A stretch of DNA of 64,000 nucleotides from Pseudomonadota bacterium (GTDB taxonomy: Bacteria; Bdellovibrionota; Bdellovibrionia; Bdellovibrionales; Bdellovibrionaceae), in the NCBI GenBank assembly GCA_041178425.1, contig JBEGVH010000006.1, positions 192,001 through 256,000 on the forward strand, written 5' to 3'. The position numbers were made by a program, and so were the translations under genes. Of this stretch, positions 48,283-57,660 are shown piece by piece. Position 1 is the first letter of the stretch, and each line of letters opens with the position of its first letter. The notes beneath the pieces are model-generated. The model was not told where the DNA came from. It was given only the letters and a program-made list of their open reading frames with translations, and ran no database searches.

Positions 48283-49089
48283 TTACTGATAAATATCTCC
48301 GAAATGCGACCGACAATGTTCTTCGAGGGCAGGGTATTCATAAACGACCTTGCCTTCAAACCCCGACGCCGAATAGACACAACGGCAGTTCTCATCGAGT
48401 TTGATTTCAGTTAATTGCGGCAGGGCTGTCGAAGGCGCAATCAATCCAGCGATTGCATTTCCATCCACATTAGGTGTGTTGATCTTGTAAATATTAGAAT
48501 CGTTCAAGTGACTCAATTCTGTTGTTGTTAGGTCTTGATTCGAGGGAGTGCAGGAAGCATTTGAGCGCAAAGCAAGAATATCTTTGGCTCGAAACTCCCT
48601 TGCACATGTGTAGTCGCTGGTTCGCTGAACCGTTTCTAATACTTTCGTTTCGCAATAAAATGAAAACTCCTCACAGAGAAATCGATTTCGGATCAACTGA
48701 GTGCTGACCGTTGCCTCACAACTCAATCCGTCCGCTTGGGGACTCATGAGTATCTCATGTTCTACGTCGCTATAAAGTAACTCTGACTCCCTAACAATGG
48801 CAGGATAACTCACCTGCTGGGCCGTTGGAACAATCGTGGGTGTGGGCGTTGCCGTGGGAGTGGGCGTTGGTGTTACGGTGGGAGTGACTGTTGGACTCGG
48901 AGTGACCGTGGGCGTCGGCGTTGCTGTCGGTGTTTCTGTGGGTTCGGGAGTGGGAGTTCCCGTTCCAATCGGCTCGGGTGTGCTCAATGGGATCGGTTTA
49001 GAGGGAAGATCTCTAAAAAAAACATTCTGAGAACACGCCATGTTCGTCAGCGACAAGAGAATGACTGTTAAAAATGAAAGTTGAACCAT
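48283..49089 (-). CDS. Hypothetical lipoprotein with Pro/Thr linker
   Basis: Signal ending MAC, (TP)n tract at ~48835-48985, Cys-rich C-domain; GGGCCT-CACTT-TTGCT sigma-54-like site at 49127-49142. Confidence 0.7.
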   Translation of the reverse strand: MVQLSFLTVILLSLTNMACSQNVFFRDLPSKPIPLSTPEPIGTGTPTPEPTETPTATPTPTVTPSPTVTPTVTPTPTPTATPTPTIVPTAQQVSYPAIVRESELLYSDVEHEILMSPQADGLSCEATVSTQLIRNRFLCEEFSFYCETKVLETVQRTSDYTCAREFRAKDILALRSNASCTPSNQDLTTTELSHLNDSNIYKINTPNVDGNAIAGLIAPSTALPQLTEIKLDENCRCVYSASGFEGKVVYEYPALEEHCRSHFGDIYQ

Positions 49090-49283
49090 CCCCTTTTTCA
49101 AAAAGCCTCCCCTGCCAAACACAAGAAGCAAAAGTGAGGCCCGCTCTAGAGGGCTCCTGTTCGTCTTGGCTGATTAGGCCCTAGACACCTGAGTAAAGAG
49201 TTCCGTACACTCAGAGAAGGAAGTCTCACTTTTAGACGTTAGTCTTGTTTCTCAATATGGAGCAATCACGCTAGGATGGATCT

Positions 49284-50456
49284 ATGGCACAAAAATTAAG
49301 TTTCATTTTCTTCGTCTCCACGATGCTTTTAATGACAAGCGCGGGATGCTATTACATCGGAAAAAAAATCCTTTGGACCTTTCCTGATCTTCAAACAAAA
49401 AGGATTTATGTTTTTATTACACTTTTTTTGTTTGTTCTCGTTCAGGCATTGGGGCCTTTTTTGTATCGCATGAACCCGTCCTCTGAAGCGCGCCCCTTTA
49501 TTCTGCAGTGGATCACCTATGTATCACTCGGTTTTATGGCCAGTCTTTTGTTCTACTTTTTAGCTGCCGAGACCATCGCATGGTTCGTAAAAAAAATTCC
49601 CCTCTTTATGCAATCCCCAGAGCAAGCTGAAAACCTAGAACGCCGTTTATTTTTAGGGGTTGGGCTCTTTTCTCTAGCTTCTGCCACAGCAGGAACGCTC
49701 ACAGCCATCGAGGGTCCACAAATCGAAAATGTCGAAGTGCCACTCAAGCCACTTCCTCCTGAGTTTCATCAATTTAAGATTGCGCAAATCTCCGACCTTC
49801 ATGTAGGCCCCACGATCAATCGGGATTATGCCCAAAAGGTCGTTGACCTCACTTTAGCTCAAAAACCCGACGTCATTGTACTCACTGGCGACATGGTAGA
49901 CGGCTATCCTGAACAATTGCGATCACAATTAGAACCCCTTAAATCTCTCACTGCGCCCCATGGAATTTATTACTGCTCTGGCAATCACGAATACTATTGG
50001 GGCGGGCCTCAATGGTGCGAAGAATTCAAAAACATGGGCTTTGAGGTTTTAAACAATGAGCACCGATTCATTACAAAAGGAGAATCTAAAGTTTGCATCG
50101 GAGGAATTCCCGACATTAAAGCGCATCAGTTTATTCCCGAGCACCGAGCCGATGCCGTTAAAACTTTTTCAGGTGTTTCATCTGAAACAACCAAAATTCT
50201 ACTCGCTCATCAGCCCGCCGCTTATAAACAGTCACTCGAAGCCGGCGTTCATCTTCAGCTCTCTGGCCATACGCACGGTGGACAATTTTTCCCTTGGAGC
50301 ATCTTCGTAGCCCTCACTCAAAAATTTTATCGCGGACTCTATTTTCATGAGAATCTTTGGGTGTATACTAACCGCGGAACGGGTTATTGGGGGCCTCCGC
50401 AGCGTTTTGCCATACCACCCGAAATAACTCTCATCACCTTAAAGAAGGAAAGCTAA
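49284..50456 (+). CDS. Membrane-bound metallophosphoesterase (YkuE/YaeI-like)
   Basis: SDLH, TGDMVD, GNHE, LAHQP and SGHTHGGQ motifs. Confidence 0.92.
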   Translation: MAQKLSFIFFVSTMLLMTSAGCYYIGKKILWTFPDLQTKRIYVFITLFLFVLVQALGPFLYRMNPSSEARPFILQWITYVSLGFMASLLFYFLAAETIAWFVKKIPLFMQSPEQAENLERRLFLGVGLFSLASATAGTLTAIEGPQIENVEVPLKPLPPEFHQFKIAQISDLHVGPTINRDYAQKVVDLTLAQKPDVIVLTGDMVDGYPEQLRSQLEPLKSLTAPHGIYYCSGNHEYYWGGPQWCEEFKNMGFEVLNNEHRFITKGESKVCIGGIPDIKAHQFIPEHRADAVKTFSGVSSETTKILLAHQPAAYKQSLEAGVHLQLSGHTHGGQFFPWSIFVALTQKFYRGLYFHENLWVYTNRGTGYWGPPQRFAIPPEITLITLKKES

Positions 50457-50756
50457 ATGTCTCAGGAAACCCAAGGCGAATTAGATGTTGTACAAAAAAC
50501 AGATGTTCCCCGTCGGTTCAAGGTGATTTTACTTAATGATGACTTCACTCCGATGAACTTCGTGACGCTCGTTCTGCAACGCTATTTCAACAAAACAGAA
50601 GAAGAGGCAGAAAAGATTATGCTCGATGTTCACCAGCAAGGGGCGGGAGTGGCTGGCATTTACACAAAAGAAATTGCCGAGATGAAAGTTCACCAGGTTA
50701 ATAGCGTATCGAAGCAAAATGAATATCCACTCAAAACCATCATGGAGGCTGAATAA
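50457..50756 (+). CDS. clpS: Clp protease adaptor ClpS
   Basis: VILLNDDFTPMNFV, MLDVH and YPL motifs. Confidence 0.96.
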   Translation: MSQETQGELDVVQKTDVPRRFKVILLNDDFTPMNFVTLVLQRYFNKTEEEAEKIMLDVHQQGAGVAGIYTKEIAEMKVHQVNSVSKQNEYPLKTIMEAE

Positions 50757-53062
50757 TGTTAAGTCGAGAATTAGAACGCCTACTTTCTGAAGCGGCCGAA
50801 TCGGCAAAAAAGAAACGCCATGAATTTATCACCAGCGAACACATTCTTCTCACGCTCACTCGTTCCCCCTTTATTGTAGAGATTATCGAGGCCTGCGGTG
50901 GCAACATCCAGCAGTTAAAAAAACAACTCGAAGTGGATATCAAGAAAAATAGTCCCGTGGTCTCAAAAGAACAAATCGAACTCGCCGGCGGAGAGAGTCT
51001 CTGGATGCCAGAGTTTACGCTCGCCGCTCACCGCCTCCTACAAAGAGCTGCGATGCAAGTTCAGAGCTCTGGCAAAAAAGAAGTGACGGTTGCACACGTT
51101 CTTATTGCCCTCTACTACGAAAACAATTCCCCCGCCGCTTTTTATCTGAACCAACAGGGAATCCGTCAATTCGATATCATACAATACATCTCTCACGGTC
51201 GTGCCCCAACTCCCGTAGAGCCGGCCACCGAACAAGAGGGTGAGACCACCTCCGGAACCCAGAATCTTCTCGATTCAGTTTGTGTAAACCTGAATGAAAA
51301 AGTTCGGCGTGGCCAATCTGATCCTATGATTGGACGAGACGATGTGATTGAACGAGCCATCCAGATACTTTGCCGCCGCAGCAAAAACAACCCCCTCTTT
51401 ATTGGCGAACCCGGTGTTGGAAAAACAGCCCTCGCCGAGGGTATCGCCCAACGCATCGAAGAGGGTAAGGTTCCGGATCGGCTCGAAAAGGCTGTCATCT
51501 ATGCTCTCGACATGGGAAGCCTCATGGCCGGCACTAAGTTCCGCGGAGATTTCGAAACGAAAATTAAAAATATCCTTAAAGAGCTCGCCGCTCAGCCCAA
51601 GGCTATTTTAATGATCGACGAAATTCATACTTTAGTGGGAGCCGGCGCGACTAATGGTGGCAGCCTTGATGCGGCCAATCTCTTAAAACCCATGCTCGCC
51701 GATGGACGCCTCAGCTGCATCGGAACCACCACCCACCAAGAATATCGCCAACACTTCGAAAAAGACCGCGCCCTGAATCGCCGTTTTCAACGCATCGATG
51801 TGAACGAACCCACCCTCGAAGAAAGCATCGCCATTCTTCAAGGGCTACAATCGCGCTATGAGGAGTTTCATAAAGTTCGATTCACTCCCGCAGCTCTCCG
51901 AGCGGCCGTTGAACTCTCATCCAAATATCTTCATGGTCGCCACCTTCCGGATAAAGCCATCGACGTTATCGACGAGGCAGGATCTCGAGTTAAACTTCAA
52001 CCCGACTTGGCTCCTCAAGGACTGATCGATGAAAAAGTGATCGAAAAAGTGATCGCGTCGATCACGCAAATCCCCGTAGGAACAATTACACTCAATGACG
52101 TTCAACAATTGCGTGATCTTGATAAAAAACTCAAAGCTCACATCTTTGGCCAAGAAGAAGCGATCAGCACCCTCGTGAATGCGATTAAACTCTCGCGCTC
52201 AGGATTGAGTCGCGAAAACAAACCGATAGGCGCCTTTTTATTTAGTGGCCCCACCGGGGTCGGTAAAACAGAGGTTTGCAAACAGCTCGCTCAAATCATG
52301 GGGCTGCCATTGGTGCGCTTTGATATGAGCGAATACATGGAAAAACACGCCGTTTCTCGACTGGTTGGCGCGCCTCCCGGTTATGTTGGCTTTGAACAGG
52401 GTGGAATGTTGACTGAGGCGGTGAATCGTTCGCCCTATTGTGTTTTACTGATGGACGAAATCGAAAAAGCTCATCCTGATATTTGGCCCATTCTCTTGCA
52501 AGTGATGGATGCTGGCCGATTAACAGACAGCAATGGTCGAACCTCTGATATGCGTCATGTGATTCTTGTAATGACGACGAACGCTGGAGCAGCAGACGTG
52601 GCCAAGGGTCGCATTGGAATCGGACAAGACGATCGACAAGGCATCTCCCTCAGTGCTATAAAAAATGTCTTCACTCCAGAGTTTCTCAACCGCCTCGATG
52701 CGATTGTGGCCTTTAAGGATCTCAACGAAGAGATTATACTTCAGGTGGTGGATAAATTTATTCATGAGCTTAGCCTTCAGTTGCTCGCTAAAAACGTGAC
52801 CATCGACGTGAGTCCATCCGCTCGCCAATTTTTGGTAAAAAAAGGTTACGATCGAGCCTATGGAGCTCGTCCGATGGCGCGTGCCATCGACGAACATCTT
52901 AAAAAACTTTTGGTTGATGAACTGCTCTTTGGCCCCCTCTCTCAAGGCGGAGAAGTTCTTGTAGATTGGCCACCAAACGCCGAAAAGCTAGTGATTTCAA
53001 CGCGTTCAAAAGTATTAGCACTCGCCACCCTTGACAAAACAAAAACAGAACCGATTATATGA
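50756..53062 (+). CDS. clpA: ATP-dependent Clp protease ATPase ClpA
   Basis: Two AAA+ modules (GEPGVGKT, GPTGVGKT), no M-domain, IGIG loop; follows clpS. Confidence 0.96.
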   Translation: MLSRELERLLSEAAESAKKKRHEFITSEHILLTLTRSPFIVEIIEACGGNIQQLKKQLEVDIKKNSPVVSKEQIELAGGESLWMPEFTLAAHRLLQRAAMQVQSSGKKEVTVAHVLIALYYENNSPAAFYLNQQGIRQFDIIQYISHGRAPTPVEPATEQEGETTSGTQNLLDSVCVNLNEKVRRGQSDPMIGRDDVIERAIQILCRRSKNNPLFIGEPGVGKTALAEGIAQRIEEGKVPDRLEKAVIYALDMGSLMAGTKFRGDFETKIKNILKELAAQPKAILMIDEIHTLVGAGATNGGSLDAANLLKPMLADGRLSCIGTTTHQEYRQHFEKDRALNRRFQRIDVNEPTLEESIAILQGLQSRYEEFHKVRFTPAALRAAVELSSKYLHGRHLPDKAIDVIDEAGSRVKLQPDLAPQGLIDEKVIEKVIASITQIPVGTITLNDVQQLRDLDKKLKAHIFGQEEAISTLVNAIKLSRSGLSRENKPIGAFLFSGPTGVGKTEVCKQLAQIMGLPLVRFDMSEYMEKHAVSRLVGAPPGYVGFEQGGMLTEAVNRSPYCVLLMDEIEKAHPDIWPILLQVMDAGRLTDSNGRTSDMRHVILVMTTNAGAADVAKGRIGIGQDDRQGISLSAIKNVFTPEFLNRLDAIVAFKDLNEEIILQVVDKFIHELSLQLLAKNVTIDVSPSARQFLVKKGYDRAYGARPMARAIDEHLKKLLVDELLFGPLSQGGEVLVDWPPNAEKLVISTRSKVLALATLDKTKTEPII

Positions 53063-53127
53063 GCTAAACGATCCCCTTTACAGATTCAATCTTAGAGGGG
53101 ATAACGAGATTTAAAACTCAACAGAGG

Positions 53128-54054
53128 GTGTTTATGACATTTTTAAAGCGAATATTTCTCTTCTTACTCACAAACATTTTGGTCATTGCCACAATCAATA
53201 TTTTGATTGGCCTTCTTTCTGCTTTTTTTGGAATTCAAATTCATCCAGGAACCTACAGTGGGCTTTTGATTTTTAGTGCACTGATGGGTACGGGCGGAGC
53301 CTTCATTTCTCTCCTTCTGTCAAAAACCATGGCGAAATGGAGCATGGGAGTGGAGATCATTGACGCCCAAACGGCTAACTCAGAACAGCGGGCCTTGGTG
53401 GCCCTCGTTCATGATCTCGCTCGCAAAGCGAACCTTCCGGCGATGCCCGAAGTTGGTTATTATAATAGCCCCGACATCAATGCTTTCGCCACAGGGCCCA
53501 GCAAAGGAAACTCTCTTGTTGCTGTGTCGACGGGTCTGCTTCAGCGCATGAGTAAAGATGAAGTTGAAGGCGTTTTAGGGCACGAAATTGCCCACATCGC
53601 CAACGGAGACATGGTTACACTGACTCTTGTTCAGGGGATCGTGAATACATTTACCATTTTCTTAGCGCGCGTACTTTCTGGAATCGTTAGCAGCCAGGTT
53701 GAAGAGAAAAACCGTTTCATGGTGCGCTGGATGATGACTCAGTTGTTTGATGTTTTGTTTGCGATTCTTGGGTCGATCGTTGTGAACTACTTCTCTCGCC
53801 TGCGCGAATTCCGCGCCGATGCGGGAAGTGCAAAGATCACGAGCAGAGAAAAAATGATTGCCGCTCTTCAAAAATTACAACTGGCCTATGGTTCGCCACT
53901 CCGAGCTGAAGAAGAGCCTGAAAGTGCCAATGCATTTAGTGCCTTCAAGATTTCTACTCGATCAAGAAAAGGCTTCATGCACCTCTTCTCTTCTCACCCA
54001 CCCCTTGAAGAACGAATTGCAAAACTTCAAACGTTTAACGGTGGCGTGAGGTAA
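53128..54054 (+). CDS. htpX: Zinc metalloprotease HtpX
   Basis: NAFATG, HEIAHIANGDM, FSRLREFRAD and SHPPLEERI motifs. Confidence 0.95.
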   Translation: MFMTFLKRIFLFLLTNILVIATINILIGLLSAFFGIQIHPGTYSGLLIFSALMGTGGAFISLLLSKTMAKWSMGVEIIDAQTANSEQRALVALVHDLARKANLPAMPEVGYYNSPDINAFATGPSKGNSLVAVSTGLLQRMSKDEVEGVLGHEIAHIANGDMVTLTLVQGIVNTFTIFLARVLSGIVSSQVEEKNRFMVRWMMTQLFDVLFAILGSIVVNYFSRLREFRADAGSAKITSREKMIAALQKLQLAYGSPLRAEEEPESANAFSAFKISTRSRKGFMHLFSSHPPLEERIAKLQTFNGGVR

Positions 54055-54073
54055 GCCTGCCGCAGAGTCTGAT

Positions 54074-55150
54074 TTAACGGCTTAAGCAAGGCAATCGAGG
54101 ATCGCGGGCGCATTCGACCGCCCGAAAGGCGTTCACAATACCACTTGAAGCACATTTACTTTTTAGTGCAGGAATCACCGACGCCGTTCGCATCAAAATT
54201 TGTTTAGTTTGAGCGGCTGTTAGCTGTGGATTTACTGATCGAACTAAACCGGCAATGGCCGCCACAATGGGGGTTGAAAACGATGTTCCGTTACCAGTGT
54301 ACCATTTGCCGTCGGGCCAAGCCCCCCACAGATTCTCTCCTGGGGCAGCGATATGCACTTTGGTGGGGCTATAGTTAGCATTTTCCCACCACTTTCCGCT
54401 TTGGTCAGTAGAACCAACCGTCATTAAATTATCCATTTCGAAGTTAGCGGGATAAATACCATACTTATCGTTGGAATCTCCGTCATTGCCCGAAGAGACA
54501 ACCACGAGAATATCTTTAGCTTCGGCTCGCCTGAGGGCATTGTGCAAATCCCGATCGTATCCCTCACCAGCCGTTGAAATATTCATAATTTTAACGCCCA
54601 TGCGGGTCGCATAATCGATCGACTTTAATAGGTCTTCGTCGTCTCCAGCTCCATCAGCGTCTAAAAAACGAAGTGAAACTAAGCGGCAAAGCGGGCAAAT
54701 GCCCATTCCGCCTTCTCCGTTGCTTCTTTGAGCAGCTATTATGCTTGCAATGAAGGTTCCATGGCCATTGTCATCAAAAGGGAGAGGCCCTCCCTCATTA
54801 AAGTTCCAACCGATATAATCATCGACAAAACCATTGCGATCATCATCGATACCGTTAAAGGGAATTTCGGCCGAGTTTTCGAAAAGAGCTGGCCGCAAAT
54901 CGGGATGATTGTAATGGATTCCTGAATCAATCACAGCTATGGCAGTGTGAGGAGAACCGTATGTCATTTGCCAAGCTTCAAGAATATTCATGGCTGGAAA
55001 ATACCAGTATTTTTGCCCGTGCGGATCGGGCCGCTGCGCTTCTTGCGGAGGGACGGGCTCTAAGACGGGAATTTTATTTTTGCGCTTTCCCGCGGCGGCA
55101 GACAATGAAATAAAAGTGACCAAACCCAAAGAAAAAAGGATTTTTTTCAA
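54074..55150 (-). CDS. Secreted S8 subtilisin-like serine protease
   Basis: AVIDSG, GHGT, SGN and GTSFSTP catalytic motifs; signal peptide. Confidence 0.93.
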   Translation of the reverse strand: MKKILFSLGLVTFISLSAAAGKRKNKIPVLEPVPPQEAQRPDPHGQKYWYFPAMNILEAWQMTYGSPHTAIAVIDSGIHYNHPDLRPALFENSAEIPFNGIDDDRNGFVDDYIGWNFNEGGPLPFDDNGHGTFIASIIAAQRSNGEGGMGICPLCRLVSLRFLDADGAGDDEDLLKSIDYATRMGVKIMNISTAGEGYDRDLHNALRRAEAKDILVVVSSGNDGDSNDKYGIYPANFEMDNLMTVGSTDQSGKWWENANYSPTKVHIAAPGENLWGAWPDGKWYTGNGTSFSTPIVAAIAGLVRSVNPQLTAAQTKQILMRTASVIPALKSKCASSGIVNAFRAVECARDPRLPCLSR

Positions 55151-55243
55151 AGCGGCAATCTCCTCAAATCTGACTGTTTAGGGCCCCACATAGACGATTC
55201 TGGGACCCTAAAGTCAAGGAGGAAATTAAGCCCTATTAATATT

Positions 55244-55714
55244 TTAATGATTGGTTTTCATGACAGGTTCTTTCGAAACGACCTTACTACGATCCGTTCG
55301 AACTTGAATGACCGCTCCATCACTCACATCCTGAACCGCTAAAGAATCCATCTCGGCCATATTCACAGAATCAGCCGCTGCCAAATGATTCGCCTCATAG
55401 CCACCGAGTGCCGCCAAAACGCGATCCACCGCTTCTTCATCTGCTTTGACCTTTTTAACTTTTAAGCGCGTCGCTTTAGCCTGCTTCTTAACGAAGGGTC
55501 TTTGATACAAATAAGCCGGTCGAGCCGCGGCTGAAGCCAGCGTTCGCTTTTCCGGCAGCGGAATAACTCCGCGTTGAGCAGTATGGTGCACCGGAATAAA
55601 CCTGTTTTGTTTGTATTTGCCTTGGCGCTCGTAGGCATGAGAAGCCTTTTGGCCACCTGCTGCTAATGCGTTAAAACCAATCAGACTCAAAACTAAGATC
55701 ATTGCATATTTCAT
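55244..55714 (-). CDS. Hypothetical secreted basic protein
   Basis: Signal peptide ending ALA-A; GGGGG RBS. Confidence 0.6.
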   Translation of the reverse strand: MKYAMILVLSLIGFNALAAGGQKASHAYERQGKYKQNRFIPVHHTAQRGVIPLPEKRTLASAAARPAYLYQRPFVKKQAKATRLKVKKVKADEEAVDRVLAALGGYEANHLAAADSVNMAEMDSLAVQDVSDGAVIQVRTDRSKVVSKEPVMKTNH

Positions 55715-56111
55715 ATTATTTCCCCCACGACTCAAGAATAAAAAAAAGATGTGCTTTTTTCTATTCTCGAAACTTACGCACCTGTGCAACTATTAGTCGA
55801 CTCACTACAAATGTTTTTGCGATAGCCACACAAAAACCCTTAAACTTAAAAACCCGCGAACAAAATCAAAGCATCCATATTAGATTTTTCAATAAAACAC
55901 CCTCTCATTTTGAAACAAAGGGGTCTCAGTCCATCTCAACGTCGTGAAATTAGACAGTCCTACTACCGTCTCAAATCCAGCCACTTTTTTACTCCCACTT
56001 TACGTCTTACTCAGAAACACCTACACTTAAAAAGATCCGCGACCCTAAACATTTTGAAACGTCACCGGTAGGGTTTGAAGCCGATACATAATTTTGTTAT
56101 CGAGGGGGACT

Positions 56112-57656
56112 ATGTTTATCCAAAAATCATTGCGTCGACGATCACGCTCCTACATAGCCCTAAGCCTTTCGGTGGTGCTCATTTTGGAGCAACCTCTTTA
56201 TGCGGGGGCAGCGGGCGCATCGAGTCCAACCGCCAATGGAAGCACCGTTAACAGTTCCGTCGCTGCGATGAAGGCAGCCGAAGCTGAGCCTAGTGAACCC
56301 CTTAATCCAGATTTGGTCTTGGTTCCCTTGTTTTGCGAGTCACGAGTTCTTATGGAGTGTAGCTTCGAAAAAACTCTGGCCGATGCAGAAAAAAACAGAG
56401 CCGAAATTGAAGCCCTCAAAAAGGTTGACTGTTCCTCAACTACTTTTGATGCGATTTTAGGATCTGTATCCTCAATCTTCTCCGCAGCACCCTCAGAAGG
56501 TGCAGCACAAAATGCGGCTACGGTAGCTGCCGGTGCCGCAGCGACTCAGACGGCAGCCGAAACAAAAAAATCCGAATGTGCGGCTAAGGTAGAGACTCAG
56601 ATAGCGAGTCTTGAAAAAATTAAGGCATCCATCGAAGCTGACAATGCAAAATGCGAATCATGGATTGCGCAGGTGGCGCAAAATTGTTTTCTCCAGGTCA
56701 AAGCCGAGCACTCTGCAGAGCTAGATCAGGGCGTCAGCGCTGCAACAATCGCCAGAAATGAGTCGCAGGCTAGGAATACGGCAGCCTTACAAAAGGCTAA
56801 TGCCACTGCCGAATCATGGGTTGAAAAAACCACCGCCTTCCTTGAAAAATATGGATTTGTCATGCTCGCTGCCATTGGCGGTATCATTGGCCTCATCATG
56901 GCGCTCTCCAGCTCAGGAAAAAAGAAGCAAGATCTGTTTCAAAATCAAATGCCTAACACCACAGCTAACACCCCCTCAAACAAAAATCCCAACGGAAACA
57001 ACAAGAATCCAGCCACCACAGATAACTCATCCGACAAGAACAATTCTGTGACTGACAACTCTCGCGCTGGCGCCTGTGGTACCGACTTAAAACCTCTAGA
57101 GTGTTTTGTTTCGTCTGGTTGTGATTTAAAATGTGTCAGTGATAAATACGGTGTTTCTAATTATGGAGGCATGGGCAACGACACCACTCGCATCGATAAG
57201 AATGGGCGAGCTGTCGATAGCACGAACTACAGCAATAAAAACCCCGGTAATTCTGATAGCACTAATTCCTCACAAGCCGCCAACACCGGTAGCGGTGGCG
57301 CGAGTGGCGCTGGCAAAATCGGTGGCGGTTCTTCAGGCACCCCCAATGCACCTGGCGAGACGGGGTCTTCGAATTCGGAAGGAGTTGGGGCTCGTTCGGT
57401 CGTGAGTTCTGGCGGTGGAGACGGTGAAGGCTATGCCGCCGGCGGAGGTTCTGGGTACGGAGGCGGTGATGGCTCTGGTCGAGGACCTGCGAACGATCGC
57501 TATAAACCGGGCGATATCGTTACAAAGTCGCAGGCCTTAAAGAATGCAATGGCGAATGGTCCGATTCTTCCACCGACCTCAAATCTTTTTGAGAGAATTT
57601 GGACCACCACTCGCAACCAATGCATTCGCGACGAAGTGATTTGTCAGAGCAAATAA
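56112..57656 (+). CDS. Hypothetical Cys-rich exported protein with central TM and Asn/Gly/Ser low-complexity region
   Basis: Signal peptide, coiled coils with Cys pairs, TM FVMLAAIGGIIGLIMAL, Gly-rich tail. Confidence 0.7.
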   Translation: MFIQKSLRRRSRSYIALSLSVVLILEQPLYAGAAGASSPTANGSTVNSSVAAMKAAEAEPSEPLNPDLVLVPLFCESRVLMECSFEKTLADAEKNRAEIEALKKVDCSSTTFDAILGSVSSIFSAAPSEGAAQNAATVAAGAAATQTAAETKKSECAAKVETQIASLEKIKASIEADNAKCESWIAQVAQNCFLQVKAEHSAELDQGVSAATIARNESQARNTAALQKANATAESWVEKTTAFLEKYGFVMLAAIGGIIGLIMALSSSGKKKQDLFQNQMPNTTANTPSNKNPNGNNKNPATTDNSSDKNNSVTDNSRAGACGTDLKPLECFVSSGCDLKCVSDKYGVSNYGGMGNDTTRIDKNGRAVDSTNYSNKNPGNSDSTNSSQAANTGSGGASGAGKIGGGSSGTPNAPGETGSSNSEGVGARSVVSSGGGDGEGYAAGGGSGYGGGDGSGRGPANDRYKPGDIVTKSQALKNAMANGPILPPTSNLFERIWTTTRNQCIRDEVICQSK

Positions 57657-57660
57657 TGAC

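Noticed and set aside
48835..48985. Repetitive GT-rich tract as a tandem DNA repeat
   Set aside because: Encodes a Pro/Thr linker with degenerate codons.
53071..53102. Hairpin between clpA and htpX as a CIRCE or thermosensor element
   Set aside because: No CIRCE consensus and it does not cover the RBS; probably an ordinary stability or terminator hairpin.
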